A stretch of DNA of 64,000 bases from Acidobacteriota bacterium (GTDB taxonomy: Bacteria > Acidobacteriota > Thermoanaerobaculia > Multivoradales > J023), in assembly GCA_029263315.1 (NCBI GenBank), contig JAJCXR010000055.1, forward strand, positions 124,195 to 188,194. Direction: 5' to 3'. The position numbers and the translations under genes are program-made. Positions within the stretch are counted from its first letter, which is position 1. Each line of letters starts with the position of its first letter. The notes under the pieces were generated by a model. The model did not search any database, was not told the origin of the DNA, and was given only the letters and a program-made list of their open reading frames with translations. Positions 33,981 through 45,099 of this stretch are shown piece by piece.

Positions 33981-36440
33981 TCAATAACCCCAGCGCGGCC
34001 ACAGGGCTTCCGTGCCGGTGATCTTGCCCAGGCCCTCGGTGTACATGCGCGCCGTCTCGACCAAACCCGGGGTGATGATGTGCTGGCCGCGGTGGTCCAT
34101 CTGGAAGAGATGTTTCCAGGTCTCGCGGGTGCCGAGCTCGATGCGCCGCCGGGTCACCTTGTCCCCCAACCGACGGAGGCGTAGCAGCATGGCGTTGAGA
34201 CCGCAGGTGGTGAAGTACGAGCCGATTTCGACCTCCTGCAGCCAGCTCTTCAGCGCCTCGGAGGAGTCGAAAGAGTGGACTTGGGACGCCAAGTCGCGAT
34301 GTGAGGCGGCCTTGGCCGTGGTGGCCAAGGCGTGGGGTCGCAGGTCGACAAAACCGTTGTTGACGATGGTCCAATCGCGGTAGGTGGTCATCGGAACGCC
34401 GATGGCGGTGGCCCGTTCTCGCCACAGGTCGCTCACCTCGTGTCGGCGTACGATGGCGGCGTCGAGGGGGGCAACATAGGGCCCCACCAACATGCGATCC
34501 CGCCGGCGTCCGGTATCGTGGAAGAGGATGGGGATACCGAGGGAGGTGATGCTTTGCAGATAGCGTCCGATACGGGTGGCCAAACGGGCTAAAAAACGTT
34601 CCCGCCCCGGCTGCCGGAGGCCATGGGTGTGCGGGTCGTAGCCCAAGAGCTGGCCGGCGGATTCCATCGAATCGGCCCGACAGAGATTGTAGAAACCGCA
34701 GGCCAGCTCGTCGACGCCCAGGGTCTGCAAATCCTCGAAGCAGGGACGATGGGTTTCGTGCCACAGGAAGTCGTCGATGTCCGTCAAGGCATCGATCAGC
34801 TGTTGCTCGGTGTAAAGATGAAACTTGCTGGCCAATTGCCGTAGGCGCAACAGGAGCAACAGCAAGCCGAGCTCGTGGAGCCTCGCCTGGTGGGTGGCGG
34901 AGCCCAGGGCTTGATAAGCCTGGAGGGCAAAGGGCCCATGGTGGGCCCTCTGCAATTGCGGGTAGTTGTCCAACAGGCGCAGGGCGAAATAGGAGTTCTC
35001 GGTCTCGGTGTAATAAGCGATTTTTTCCTGGAACCAGTCCCGACGCCGTTCTGGACCAAAGAGGGCATGGCGCACCAAGACCATGGCCAGCTCTTCGGGG
35101 ATGGCGACCTTCATGACGTTGTACAGGGCGATGCAATTGGCGACCGAGAACAGGCCGTTTTCGCCGGAGCGAATTGCGGCGGCGACCATCAGCTCCTTGC
35201 CCTGCCCGAACTGCAACAGATCCTTGTCGGCTTTCGGGGCTTGGAGGCCTTGGATCGGCAGCTCCTGGGTGACGTCGTCGTTCTCGGGGAACGGGGCGCC
35301 GGCCTCGGGCGACGGGTTCTCCTGTTCCGGCGCTCCAGCCGCCGCGCTCTGGTCCCCGTTCCCTGGGGCGGCATCGACGGTTGCCTCGGACGCTTCCGCC
35401 GGCTTCTCGAAATCCAGCGGCAGCTCCTGGCAGGGATAGAGGAGGATATTGGGTTGGTCGAGGTCGGCGGGCCGCAGATGGGGTTTGTCGAGGCCCCGGA
35501 GCCGTTGCTCGACGGCACCCTTGATGGCCGGCGTGGCGGGAAGCTGACAACGCAACTCGACGGCGTCGATGCCGATGGCCGCGGCGGTGACCAGGACGTC
35601 GAAGCCGTGGTCGATGTAGAGTTGGGTCAGCTCGTCGGCAAAATATTTCTTGTCCACCAGCTTGTCACCGAGGGCGCTGTGGGCAAAGCCGAGGCGGATC
35701 TCTGCCTGTCCGCCGTCGACCCGGTACATGCCACCGACCGCGGTGGTGTGGGCGATCACCACATGGCGAGCATGGCGTTGCTGGATGACGGCCAGGCCTC
35801 GGATGAAGGTTTGCAGGTAAGCCTTCTTGAGGCGCTGATTCTGCACGTGATCCATGCCGTGTTCCGCCGCCAAACGATCAATCGCCACCAGCGTATAGGT
35901 GGCGACGCTGGGTAGTGGAATGGCCACCACCACGGCGTGCAACAGGCGGGCATCGAGGCCTTCGATGTAGCTGAGGAAAGGGCAGGGCTGGGCGGCGAAG
36001 TAGGCGTCGAGGGCTACCCCCAGGTCAAAGCTTTCGCCTTTGGCCACCCGCCGTTCGGCGACGTGGGTCGGCAAATCTTGAGGGATTTCGAGCTGCAAGA
36101 GGGAGAACTTCAAATCGATGCGGCCGTCGATGCGGAAATGGCGCCGAGGTTTGATCTTTTCGACGGAAAACTCACCATCGAAGGCCAGGTAGAGCCGCTG
36201 CACGAACTTGACGATTTCTTTCTCAGACATGCCGGTGGCGTGGATTTCCCCCTGCAAGGGGCTCTGGCGCAAGCTCTTGGACATCAAGATCATGCGGCAG
36301 AGCTCCATCACCGAAGCGCCTCCCACGGCACCGGTGCCACCAAAAACGACGAAGTACACCGGCTCGTTGCCGCCGCCGGGCAATAGGCGGGTGGCGAGAA
36401 TGTGCTCGAGGGACTCGAACTCGTGATAAACGGTTCTCAT
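33981..36440 (-). CDS. Hypothetical 819-aa two-domain protein; N-terminus has a GGTGAVGG Rossmann-type dinucleotide-binding loop
   Basis: YFVVFGGTGAVGGASVMEL near the N-terminus. Acidic/Pro-rich linker (EKPAEASEATVDAAPGNGDQSAAAGAPEQENPSPEAGAP). C-terminal ~430-aa domain of unknown type. The overlapping 543-aa ORF in another frame is R/P/G-rich and judged spurious. Confidence 0.6.
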   Translation of the reverse strand: MRTVYHEFESLEHILATRLLPGGGNEPVYFVVFGGTGAVGGASVMELCRMILMSKSLRQSPLQGEIHATGMSEKEIVKFVQRLYLAFDGEFSVEKIKPRRHFRIDGRIDLKFSLLQLEIPQDLPTHVAERRVAKGESFDLGVALDAYFAAQPCPFLSYIEGLDARLLHAVVVAIPLPSVATYTLVAIDRLAAEHGMDHVQNQRLKKAYLQTFIRGLAVIQQRHARHVVIAHTTAVGGMYRVDGGQAEIRLGFAHSALGDKLVDKKYFADELTQLYIDHGFDVLVTAAAIGIDAVELRCQLPATPAIKGAVEQRLRGLDKPHLRPADLDQPNILLYPCQELPLDFEKPAEASEATVDAAPGNGDQSAAAGAPEQENPSPEAGAPFPENDDVTQELPIQGLQAPKADKDLLQFGQGKELMVAAAIRSGENGLFSVANCIALYNVMKVAIPEELAMVLVRHALFGPERRRDWFQEKIAYYTETENSYFALRLLDNYPQLQRAHHGPFALQAYQALGSATHQARLHELGLLLLLLRLRQLASKFHLYTEQQLIDALTDIDDFLWHETHRPCFEDLQTLGVDELACGFYNLCRADSMESAGQLLGYDPHTHGLRQPGRERFLARLATRIGRYLQSITSLGIPILFHDTGRRRDRMLVGPYVAPLDAAIVRRHEVSDLWRERATAIGVPMTTYRDWTIVNNGFVDLRPHALATTAKAASHRDLASQVHSFDSSEALKSWLQEVEIGSYFTTCGLNAMLLRLRRLGDKVTRRRIELGTRETWKHLFQMDHRGQHIITPGLVETARMYTEGLGKITGTEALWPRWGY

Positions 36441-36649
36441 GTGATGTCGTCGTCCGCCAAAGACTGTATTGCACCTGCCAACAGGGTGCTCCCATCAACA
36501 GAGGTCTGTATTGATTGTCCTGTGTCGATCTTTCTGGGCCGATCGTAGCTTCAGAACCTGTAGTGTCTAGGTACGTTCTTACCCCGTGATCATAGCGGAT
36601 CGACGGGGCATCGCCCATGGCCCATTTCGAATGCCGACGTCGGAGGGCC

Positions 36650-37933
36650 TCAGCAGAGGGGAGTGTCCTCGCCGAGGGGCAAAAGGGGGGCGCTGGGGGT
36701 CAAGGGAGCGTCCTCCGGCTCGCCGACGCTCCAGGTGGCGTCGAGCTCTGCCAAGTAGGCGCGCACCGACCCGGCGACGCTAGCTGCGATCTGGCCCGCC
36801 ACCTGATCGGCATCACTGCGCAGACGCCAAGGCAAGCCTCGATCATCGAGGTCGCAGAGCAGATCCTTGCGGACCTCGAGGCCGAGGCAGCTGGGTCGCA
36901 CCTTGGGATCAAGACGGTACATCTCCACCAGCTCGTTGCGATGGGTGGCCTGGAAGCGACTGATCTTGGCGTAGGCTTTGCGGGCTTCGGCGAACAGGGT
37001 TTCGCTGCCGGGGGGGGCTTCCCGATAGCGGTGCAAGTAGGCCCGGAGGCGTTCGCAGGGGGCAGAGCGGCGAACCACGTCGAGCAAAAGCTGCCAAATC
37101 CGTTGGTAGGCCAGCTGATCGCTGGTCTCCGGGTGGGCAGCGGTGAAGCGACGCCGCAGGAAGCGGAAATAAAACCAGACCTGGGCACGGATCTCCACCG
37201 AGCCTTCGGGCATCAAATAGGGATAGTCGAGGGCGGTGGGCCAATCCAGGTCCTCGAGATCGAGGGCGATGCGATAGCTCAGCTTGCGGTGCGTCGTTTG
37301 CTCCCCGAGGATATGTGGGAACAGCGGATCAAAGATGAATGGAGGCATCTCCGATGTCTCCTGATAGGAGAGAGAGCGGGTCACCAGGCTGATTTCGGGC
37401 CGTGAGGTGCCGGTGCGATTCACCTGATCGTAGGTGTGAACCGCCAAGGTCAGGCGCCGGTCGGCGAAATGCTGCACCAGATTCTGAGACATGGTGTCGT
37501 AATAGCGCGCCAACAGGTCATGGCGCGCCTCTTCGGAGAGTAAATGCTGCAACGGCGGGAAGATGGAGTGGCGTAGCAGGTAATTCTCGCCGATCGACGA
37601 AATACCCGGGAAGCGGCCGAAATCGAGCACCACACGGGCCAACGAAACTCGCAGGTAGGAGTCTTGTCCGAGCTCTTTGGCGAGGTGGCGAGCCACCAGA
37701 TTGGCACCCCAATCGCGCTCGCGGGCATAGGCGTCACGGACTTCCGGTAGGTCGATCACTTGGTCGCTGCGTTCGCCGAAGAGATGACGCGGGAAGCCAT
37801 CCCCATCATGGATGGTGAAGACCAGCGGTCCGTCGGGGTCGGTGGCCGTTTGGGGTTGGCTAGACACCGGAATCCTCTCCAGCGGCTCCATCGCATCGAC
37901 GATCTTGGGGCGGGGCGATTCGGTAACAGTCAT
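36650..37933 (-). CDS. Hypothetical protein, N-formylglutamate amidohydrolase (FGase)-like N-terminal domain with a ~150-aa C-terminal extension
   Basis: LVFTIHDGDGFPRHL, ARVVLDFGRFPG and LTLAVHTYD align by eye to the FGase motifs (..PHAG.., ..IDLNRP.., ..WDAHS..). Weak call. Confidence 0.35.
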   Translation of the reverse strand: MTVTESPRPKIVDAMEPLERIPVSSQPQTATDPDGPLVFTIHDGDGFPRHLFGERSDQVIDLPEVRDAYARERDWGANLVARHLAKELGQDSYLRVSLARVVLDFGRFPGISSIGENYLLRHSIFPPLQHLLSEEARHDLLARYYDTMSQNLVQHFADRRLTLAVHTYDQVNRTGTSRPEISLVTRSLSYQETSEMPPFIFDPLFPHILGEQTTHRKLSYRIALDLEDLDWPTALDYPYLMPEGSVEIRAQVWFYFRFLRRRFTAAHPETSDQLAYQRIWQLLLDVVRRSAPCERLRAYLHRYREAPPGSETLFAEARKAYAKISRFQATHRNELVEMYRLDPKVRPSCLGLEVRKDLLCDLDDRGLPWRLRSDADQVAGQIAASVAGSVRAYLAELDATWSVGEPEDAPLTPSAPLLPLGEDTPLC

Positions 37934-38159
37934 TGGGTAAGGGATTCCTGAGGCAGTTCTTGGGGGTGGGGGCGATATGTTGCGATCCCACTGTCGGGGC
38001 GATTGTCAAGGGGGATCCAATAAGCTCAAATGCCTGTCGACGTGCGCATTGTATCCAGGAAAGGGGACCGATGGAAGACCGACCGGTTGGACGGAAAAGG
38101 TCTGTCGCCAGGCGCAAGGGTTTACGCCAACCGTCGAAGACGATCGGTCACGCCAGCCG

Positions 38160-39377
38160 TCAATGTAACCAGCCGCTCTCTACGGTGTCTTCGGCCGATC
38201 GGTTAGCCCGCCGCCCGGCCAACACGTCGACCGCTTCGGCGATACCGTCGAGGGTGAGCTCGTACATGGGGAAGAGCTGACGGATGAGGCGCACGCTGGG
38301 GGCCGCCCAAATGCGCTGCGGCTCCGGGTTGAGCCACAGGGAGCTCGGGCAGCGCTCGCGAAAACGGCGTAACCATTCGAGACCGGTGGTGCGGTTGTGA
38401 TGGAAGTAATCGATGGCGCCGCCGGCATGGGTGAGCTCGTAGGGGCTCATCCAGGCGTCGCCGACGAAAAGAACGGACCACGTGGTGTCGATCCGCCGTA
38501 GGACATCCGAGGTCGCCTCCCCTTTGCCCAGGTAGATGTCGCTGTAGAGGCGTTCATAGGGGCAGTTGTGGAAGAAGAGGTGCTCGAAGTGGTGAAAGTG
38601 GTTGGCGGCATGGGCGGCGCTGAACAGGCGTTCCGAAAGGTCGGCGTGGGGATCCATTGAGCCGCCGACATCGATCAGCAGGAGCAGCTTGATGCGGTTG
38701 CGGCGCGGTGGCGCAAACACCAGATCGATATCGCCGCCGTTACGGGCGCTGACATCGATGGTGGCGTCGATATCCAGCTCCTCCAGGCCGTCGTCTTTAC
38801 CCAGACGTCGCAGCCGGCGCAGCGCCATGCCGATCTGCCGGGTGTCGAGAACGCGGTCGCTGCGCAAATTACGAAATCGACGGTCGCTGGCCACCTGAAC
38901 TGCCGAACGCCCACCTCCCGGGCCGCCGATGCGGACGCCGGTGGGATGGGTGCCGCCGTGGCCGAAGGGCGACGTGCCCCCGGTGCCGATCCACCGACTG
39001 CCCCCGTCATGGCGCTCGTCCTGCTCGCCGCGCCGTTCCTCGAAACGGCGGCGCAATTCGTCGAGGTCCAAGGCCTCGAGGGCGGCCCGCTCTTCGTCGC
39101 TCAGCTCTCGGGGCAGGATGGGATCGGCCAGCCACTGCAAAAGCTCATCGTCGATGTCGAATTGAGCTTCGATGTCGCGAAAGAACTCTGAAAATGCCTG
39201 GTCGAAGCGGTCGTAGTCGGTTTCCCTCTTGATCAACAGGGCGCGGCTCAGATGGTAGAAAACGCTGAGGTCGCTGCGGGCATGGCCCTCCGCCAAGGCG
39301 CGGATCAGCGGCAGCCATTCGCTGAGGGACACTTTCAGGCCCCGGCCCCGCAAGTGAAAGAGGAAATCCGTGAACAC
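38160..39377 (-). CDS. VWA-domain protein of the CoxE type (MoxR partner)
   Basis: CoxE-type N-terminus (MFTDFLFHLRGRGLKVSLSEWLPLIRAL...FDQAF). VWA core LLLLIDVGGSMDP (MIDAS DxGxS). 8 bp downstream of the MoxR gene. Confidence 0.8.
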   Translation of the reverse strand: MFTDFLFHLRGRGLKVSLSEWLPLIRALAEGHARSDLSVFYHLSRALLIKRETDYDRFDQAFSEFFRDIEAQFDIDDELLQWLADPILPRELSDEERAALEALDLDELRRRFEERRGEQDERHDGGSRWIGTGGTSPFGHGGTHPTGVRIGGPGGGRSAVQVASDRRFRNLRSDRVLDTRQIGMALRRLRRLGKDDGLEELDIDATIDVSARNGGDIDLVFAPPRRNRIKLLLLIDVGGSMDPHADLSERLFSAAHAANHFHHFEHLFFHNCPYERLYSDIYLGKGEATSDVLRRIDTTWSVLFVGDAWMSPYELTHAGGAIDYFHHNRTTGLEWLRRFRERCPSSLWLNPEPQRIWAAPSVRLIRQLFPMYELTLDGIAEAVDVLAGRRANRSAEDTVESGWLH

Positions 39378-39384
39378 GTCGGGC

Positions 39385-40218
39385 TCAGCTCACCGGACGT
39401 CGTCGTTGGCGGGGGCCGCTGATGGCCTCGAGGTCTTGCTCCCGCTTCAACAGGACGCCGAGGAAAGGCAGCTTCTCCTGGAGCGTTTCGACAGCGATAC
39501 CGGCCCGCCGTAGGGCGGCGATCCAATCGATCAGCTCGCTGGTGGACGGACGTTTGCGGATCTCGGTCTGCTCCCGCAGCCAGTAGAAGGCGATCAGCAC
39601 TTGCCGCACCAGCTCTTCTTCCACCTCCGGATGATGCACCCGTACGATGTCGTTCATCATCGCCTTGTCGGGAAACGAGATGAAGTGGAAGACGCAGCGC
39701 CGCAGGAAGGCATCGGGCAATTCTTTCTCGTTGTTCGAGGTTACCAAGACGATGGGTCGCTGCTCGGCGGTGACCGTCTCGCCGGTTTCGTCGATGTGGA
39801 AGCTCATTTGATCGAGCTCGTGTAGGAGGTCGTTGGGGAACTCCATATCCGCCTTGTCGATCTCGTCGATCAGCAAGACGCGGCGCCGGTTGTCGCGGAA
39901 GGATTGGCCGAGGGGGCCGAGCTTGATGTATTGGCTGATATCGCTGATGTCACGATCGTCGAAGCGGGCATCGTTCAAGCGTTGGACGGTGTCGTAGACG
40001 TAAAGGCCGTCCCGCGCCTTGCTGGTGGATTTGACGTTCCAGCTTAGCAACTCCAGGTCGAGATCTTGAGCGATGGCTTCGGCCAGCCTGGTCTTGCCGG
40101 TGCCGGGCTCGCCTTTGATCAGTAGCGGTTTTTCGAGGGCGATGGCGACGTTGACGGCATCGCGGAGCTCTGCTGAAGCGAGGTAGCTGTCGGTGCCGGT
40201 GAATTGCATGAAATTCAT
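39385..40218 (-). CDS. MoxR-family AAA+ ATPase (CoxD/NorQ-like, 277 aa)
   Basis: Walker A LLIKGEPGTGKTRLAEAIA, Walker B RVLLIDEIDKA, sensor IVLVTSNNEKELPDAFLRRC. Confidence 0.85.
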   Translation of the reverse strand: MNFMQFTGTDSYLASAELRDAVNVAIALEKPLLIKGEPGTGKTRLAEAIAQDLDLELLSWNVKSTSKARDGLYVYDTVQRLNDARFDDRDISDISQYIKLGPLGQSFRDNRRRVLLIDEIDKADMEFPNDLLHELDQMSFHIDETGETVTAEQRPIVLVTSNNEKELPDAFLRRCVFHFISFPDKAMMNDIVRVHHPEVEEELVRQVLIAFYWLREQTEIRKRPSTSELIDWIAALRRAGIAVETLQEKLPFLGVLLKREQDLEAISGPRQRRRPVS

Positions 40219-41750
40219 AGATTCTCCTTGGGGGCCCCCGACTGTACCTGAATTCCGTCCTGATCCGAATCCGGTCGCAGCACCAAGGCCAGGGTGCCGG
40301 TGGCCTCACCTTGGAGAAGGGCCGGCGGCTCGGAAGTTGCGCTGTCTTGCAACTGAAGGATGAACTGCGAGCCCTTGCCGAGGGCGCTTTCGACTTTGAT
40401 GTGCAAGCCCAAGCGCTGGCTGAGCAGGCGGCAGATGGCCAAACCCAAGCCGCTGCTGTGCTCAGAGGATTCGCTGCCATCGGTGTCGAGATTCTGCTCG
40501 TAGGGCTCGAAGATATGTTCCAGTCGGTCGGCGGGGATGCCCGGGCCGGTGTCTTGGATCACCACCGCCAAGGGACGCAGCGTTTGGCGCTCGCCCCGCA
40601 GCCGTAGGGTGACGCCGCCTTGTTGGGTGAACTTGATGGCGTTGCCCAGCAGGTTGATGAGGATCTGCTTGAAGCGCCGCCGGTCGGTCTCGATGGGAAG
40701 GAGCTTGGCCGGGCTTTCGAGATGCAAGGAAAGGCCCTTCTCGCGAGCCAAGGGGTGCAACTCGTGCAATGTCTCGCTGGCCAGCTCGGCGAGGTCGAAG
40801 CTGGACAAGGTGAGGTCGAGCCGATCGGCTTCGAGGCTGGAGAGATCCAGCACCTGATTGATCACTCCGAGGAGGTGGTGCCCATTGCCGCTGATCCGCG
40901 AGATGTAATGCAGCTGTTTATCATCGAGGTTCTGTTGGCGATTCTTACCGAGCAGATTGGCAAAGCCGATGACGGCGTTCAACGGCGTGCGCATCTCGTG
41001 GCTCAGGTGGGCGATGAAGCGACTCTTTCCCCGGCTGACGGTGATCGCCTTGCTGGCCAGCTCTTGGAGCTGTAGCTGTTGGCTCTGGCTTTTCTGATGC
41101 ATGGTGCCTAGAGCTTCCAGTTGCCGCCGGTGGACGATGTGCAGGACGACGCTCAGCAGGGTGGCAGTGAGCATGGCGAAGGCGAAATGGCTCCATTGCT
41201 GTGGGGCTGGTGCAAGAAGCCATAGGGCGGCCCACGTGGTGATGACGCAGAGGGCGCCGCCGGTGAACCAGCGGTGGTCCAGCAGAACAAAAGCGATGCC
41301 GACGAGCATCAGCAGAAAGTTGGTGGTCTGTTTGGGATCCGACAGCAAGTAGAGATGGGCGGCCGAATTGACCACCGGAATGGCGACCAGGGCGGTCATC
41401 GTCAGATGGCCCTTACCGGGTGCCACCGGTTGACTGCGCAATCGCCATGCGAGAATCAGGGTAACCGTCGCCGAGACGACGGCGAGAGTCGTCATGATCA
41501 GACGGGGACCGGTCGGCAGAACCAGAACGTGGCTGGTGGCGAGGAGCGCGTAAAGAACCGCCATGCCTAGGCTGACCGGTTGCAAGGCGGTGGCAACTTG
41601 TCGATCGAGGAAACTTGCCAGGGAGTGATTTACTGTCACGGTGCTCTTTTGGACATGCTGGGGAAAATGAGACGGCCACAAAGATGACCGCATGATGTAA
41701 GTATAGCCCTTGCGGAGGATGTTGTGCCCACATGACGCAAGAGGACGCAT
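40215..41750 (-). CDS. Sensor histidine kinase with an N-terminal ~6-7 TM sensing domain; no response regulator in the window
   Basis: HisKA H-box FIAHLSHEMRTPLNAVIGF and HATPase_c G-boxes (LGNAIKFT, DTGPGI, GSGLGLAICR). Its stop overlaps the MoxR start (ATGA). The true start may be an internal Met (the ORF 5' end overlaps the divergent methyltransferase). Confidence 0.8.
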   Translation of the reverse strand: MRPLASCGHNILRKGYTYIMRSSLWPSHFPQHVQKSTVTVNHSLASFLDRQVATALQPVSLGMAVLYALLATSHVLVLPTGPRLIMTTLAVVSATVTLILAWRLRSQPVAPGKGHLTMTALVAIPVVNSAAHLYLLSDPKQTTNFLLMLVGIAFVLLDHRWFTGGALCVITTWAALWLLAPAPQQWSHFAFAMLTATLLSVVLHIVHRRQLEALGTMHQKSQSQQLQLQELASKAITVSRGKSRFIAHLSHEMRTPLNAVIGFANLLGKNRQQNLDDKQLHYISRISGNGHHLLGVINQVLDLSSLEADRLDLTLSSFDLAELASETLHELHPLAREKGLSLHLESPAKLLPIETDRRRFKQILINLLGNAIKFTQQGGVTLRLRGERQTLRPLAVVIQDTGPGIPADRLEHIFEPYEQNLDTDGSESSEHSSGLGLAICRLLSQRLGLHIKVESALGKGSQFILQLQDSATSEPPALLQGEATGTLALVLRPDSDQDGIQVQSGAPKENL

Positions 41751-41872
41751 TTCTTGATAGGGACTGCGTGTTCCATGGGCGGCTAGCGCCGCAATATGCT
41801 AGGAGAGAGGGGAGGCAAAGCGACGTGTCAGCCTTGAATTTTTCGCAGCGACAAGGTGATCTTAGGGAACGT

Positions 41873-42532
41873 ATGGAGGATCCGGAAGCCGATCCTGAGT
41901 GGATGCGCAACAGCTACGCCCAATTTCGCCATGTCAATCGGCTGGTTTCCAGCTGGCGGAGCTTGTATCGGCGCCATTTGCGTCCCCATATGGCCCGTCA
42001 AGGGCCGACCACCCTGTTGGATATCGGCTTTGGCGGCGGCGATGTGGTGGCGGGGTTGGCGAGCTGGGCTCGCCGCGATGGTTTGCATCTGGAAATTACC
42101 GCCATCGACAGCGATGGGCGGGCCTTTGCCTGGACAAAGGGCCGCCAGTGGCCCGCCAATCTGACCTTTCGCCATGCTAGAGCAGAGGATTTGCTGGCGG
42201 CGGGAGAGCGCTTCGATTGGGTGACCTCGAACCATGTGCTTCACCACTTGGAGGATGACAGCTGGGACGGATTTCTCGACGTCAGTCGGCGTCTGGGGAA
42301 GCGCGTCCTGCACTGCGATCTAGTGCGCAGCCGACGCGCCTACATTCTCTTCCGCTGCTTCGTGGCACCGTTCTTTCGGCACTCTTTCATCGCTGAAGAT
42401 GGTCTGCTCTCGGTACGTCGGAGCTACACCTTGCAAGAGATGCATCAGCGCGTCCCCGAGGTCTGGGATGTGAGACCGGTGTTTCCCTTCCACCAACTAC
42501 TGAGTCACCCGGCGGATGGTACGGCGTTCTGA
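41873..42532 (+). CDS. Class I SAM-dependent methyltransferase
   Basis: Motif I LLDIGFGGGDVV, then ..AIDSD.. and the post-II acidic loop. The ORF is open from 41732, but that start overlaps the divergent kinase gene, so the start is placed at Met 41873. Confidence 0.65.
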   Translation: MEDPEADPEWMRNSYAQFRHVNRLVSSWRSLYRRHLRPHMARQGPTTLLDIGFGGGDVVAGLASWARRDGLHLEITAIDSDGRAFAWTKGRQWPANLTFRHARAEDLLAAGERFDWVTSNHVLHHLEDDSWDGFLDVSRRLGKRVLHCDLVRSRRAYILFRCFVAPFFRHSFIAEDGLLSVRRSYTLQEMHQRVPEVWDVRPVFPFHQLLSHPADGTAF

Positions 42533-42863
42533 GTGGCTGCGTCGGAACCCGGCGCTCCACCTACCGGATTTGACGCCGCGGCGTCGCCTATGGTTGTTGG
42601 TGGTTGGATGGTTTTTGATGTTGTTGGGAGTTGTCGGGCTGTTCTTGCCGATCCTGCAGGGGTTTCTTTTCTTGGCCCTAGGGGCCGCCACCTTGTCGCT
42701 GGTCAGCGAGTCCATGCTGTGGGGATTGCGCTGGTTGATGGGTCCATGTCCACGGGCCTGGAGGGCTATCCTACGGGTACGGCGACGCCTTTTGCGTGAA
42801 GTGGGCGGCAGCGGGCGAAAGGACGAGGGCACGACCGAAGACGGCCCAGATCAGAGCGGCTGA
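42516..42863 (+). CDS. Small inner-membrane protein, DUF454/YbaN-like
   Basis: LWLLVVGWFLMLLGVVGLFLPILQGFLFLALGAATLS resembles the YbaN pattern GWLAVVLGTLGVVLPVLPTTPFILLAAW. Two to three TM helices. Confidence 0.4.
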   Translation: MVRRSEWLRRNPALHLPDLTPRRRLWLLVVGWFLMLLGVVGLFLPILQGFLFLALGAATLSLVSESMLWGLRWLMGPCPRAWRAILRVRRRLLREVGGSGRKDEGTTEDGPDQSG

Positions 42864-42970
42864 GCGGCGTAATGGCGCACTTCAACCGGGGGGACAGCAA
42901 CAGGGATCACAGCGCCCCTCGAGACTTGATCTGGGTACCCCGGGATTGGGAAATGGCCCACAACGTATAA

Positions 42971-42993
42971 AGGCCAGGCTTGGAGCCTGGCCT
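42971..42993 (-). terminator. Hairpin downstream of tRNA-fMet (on the minus strand)
   Basis: Perfect inverted repeat AGGCCAGGC-ttgga-GCCTGGCCT. On the minus strand it is followed by TTTAT. Lies 40 bp beyond the tRNA 3' end. Confidence 0.4.
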
Positions 42994-43030
42994 TGAACGA
43001 AATCCAGATGAATTTCGGTGACTGATAAAG

Positions 43031-43109
<79 letters not shown>

Positions 43110-43440
43110 ACACTTTTTGTTCCCGCTGGCCTTGGAAACCGTCGACCTCGGAAGGCTGTGGATTCGAAGACCTTGTCGGCGTTGCCCGATACCGTTTTAG
43201 GTCAAAATTTTTGACTCAAAGCCGGTTTGAAAATCGGTCCCGCCGTCAGCGGACAGTTAGAGTCTCACAAGGGTAGAGGGCTGTCAACCGTCAGTTGTTG
43301 GGAATTCTACGATAATTCCAAGGGTCACAAGATTGTGACCGAGGCGCTTTGCGGTTATCCTTCGCTGATGTAAGTGACGTCGGCGAGCGCTTGAAACGGC
43401 CGCCCTGGGGGGCCGGAAGCCATCTGCCGTAATGATCTGA

Positions 43441-45074
<1,634 letters not shown>

Positions 45075-45099
45075 CACGCCTTTTTTTGATTCAAACATT

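Noticed and set aside
33919-35550. 543-aa ORF on the minus strand overlapping the 819-aa gene in another frame
   Set aside because: Extremely Arg/Pro/Gly-rich with no motifs. This is the typical alternative-frame artefact of high-GC DNA. The 819-aa frame has normal composition.
41732-41872. Methyltransferase start at 41732
   Set aside because: Would overlap the divergent histidine kinase start by 19 bp. The internal Met at 41873 gives a normal-sized class I MTase. Left as an alternative.
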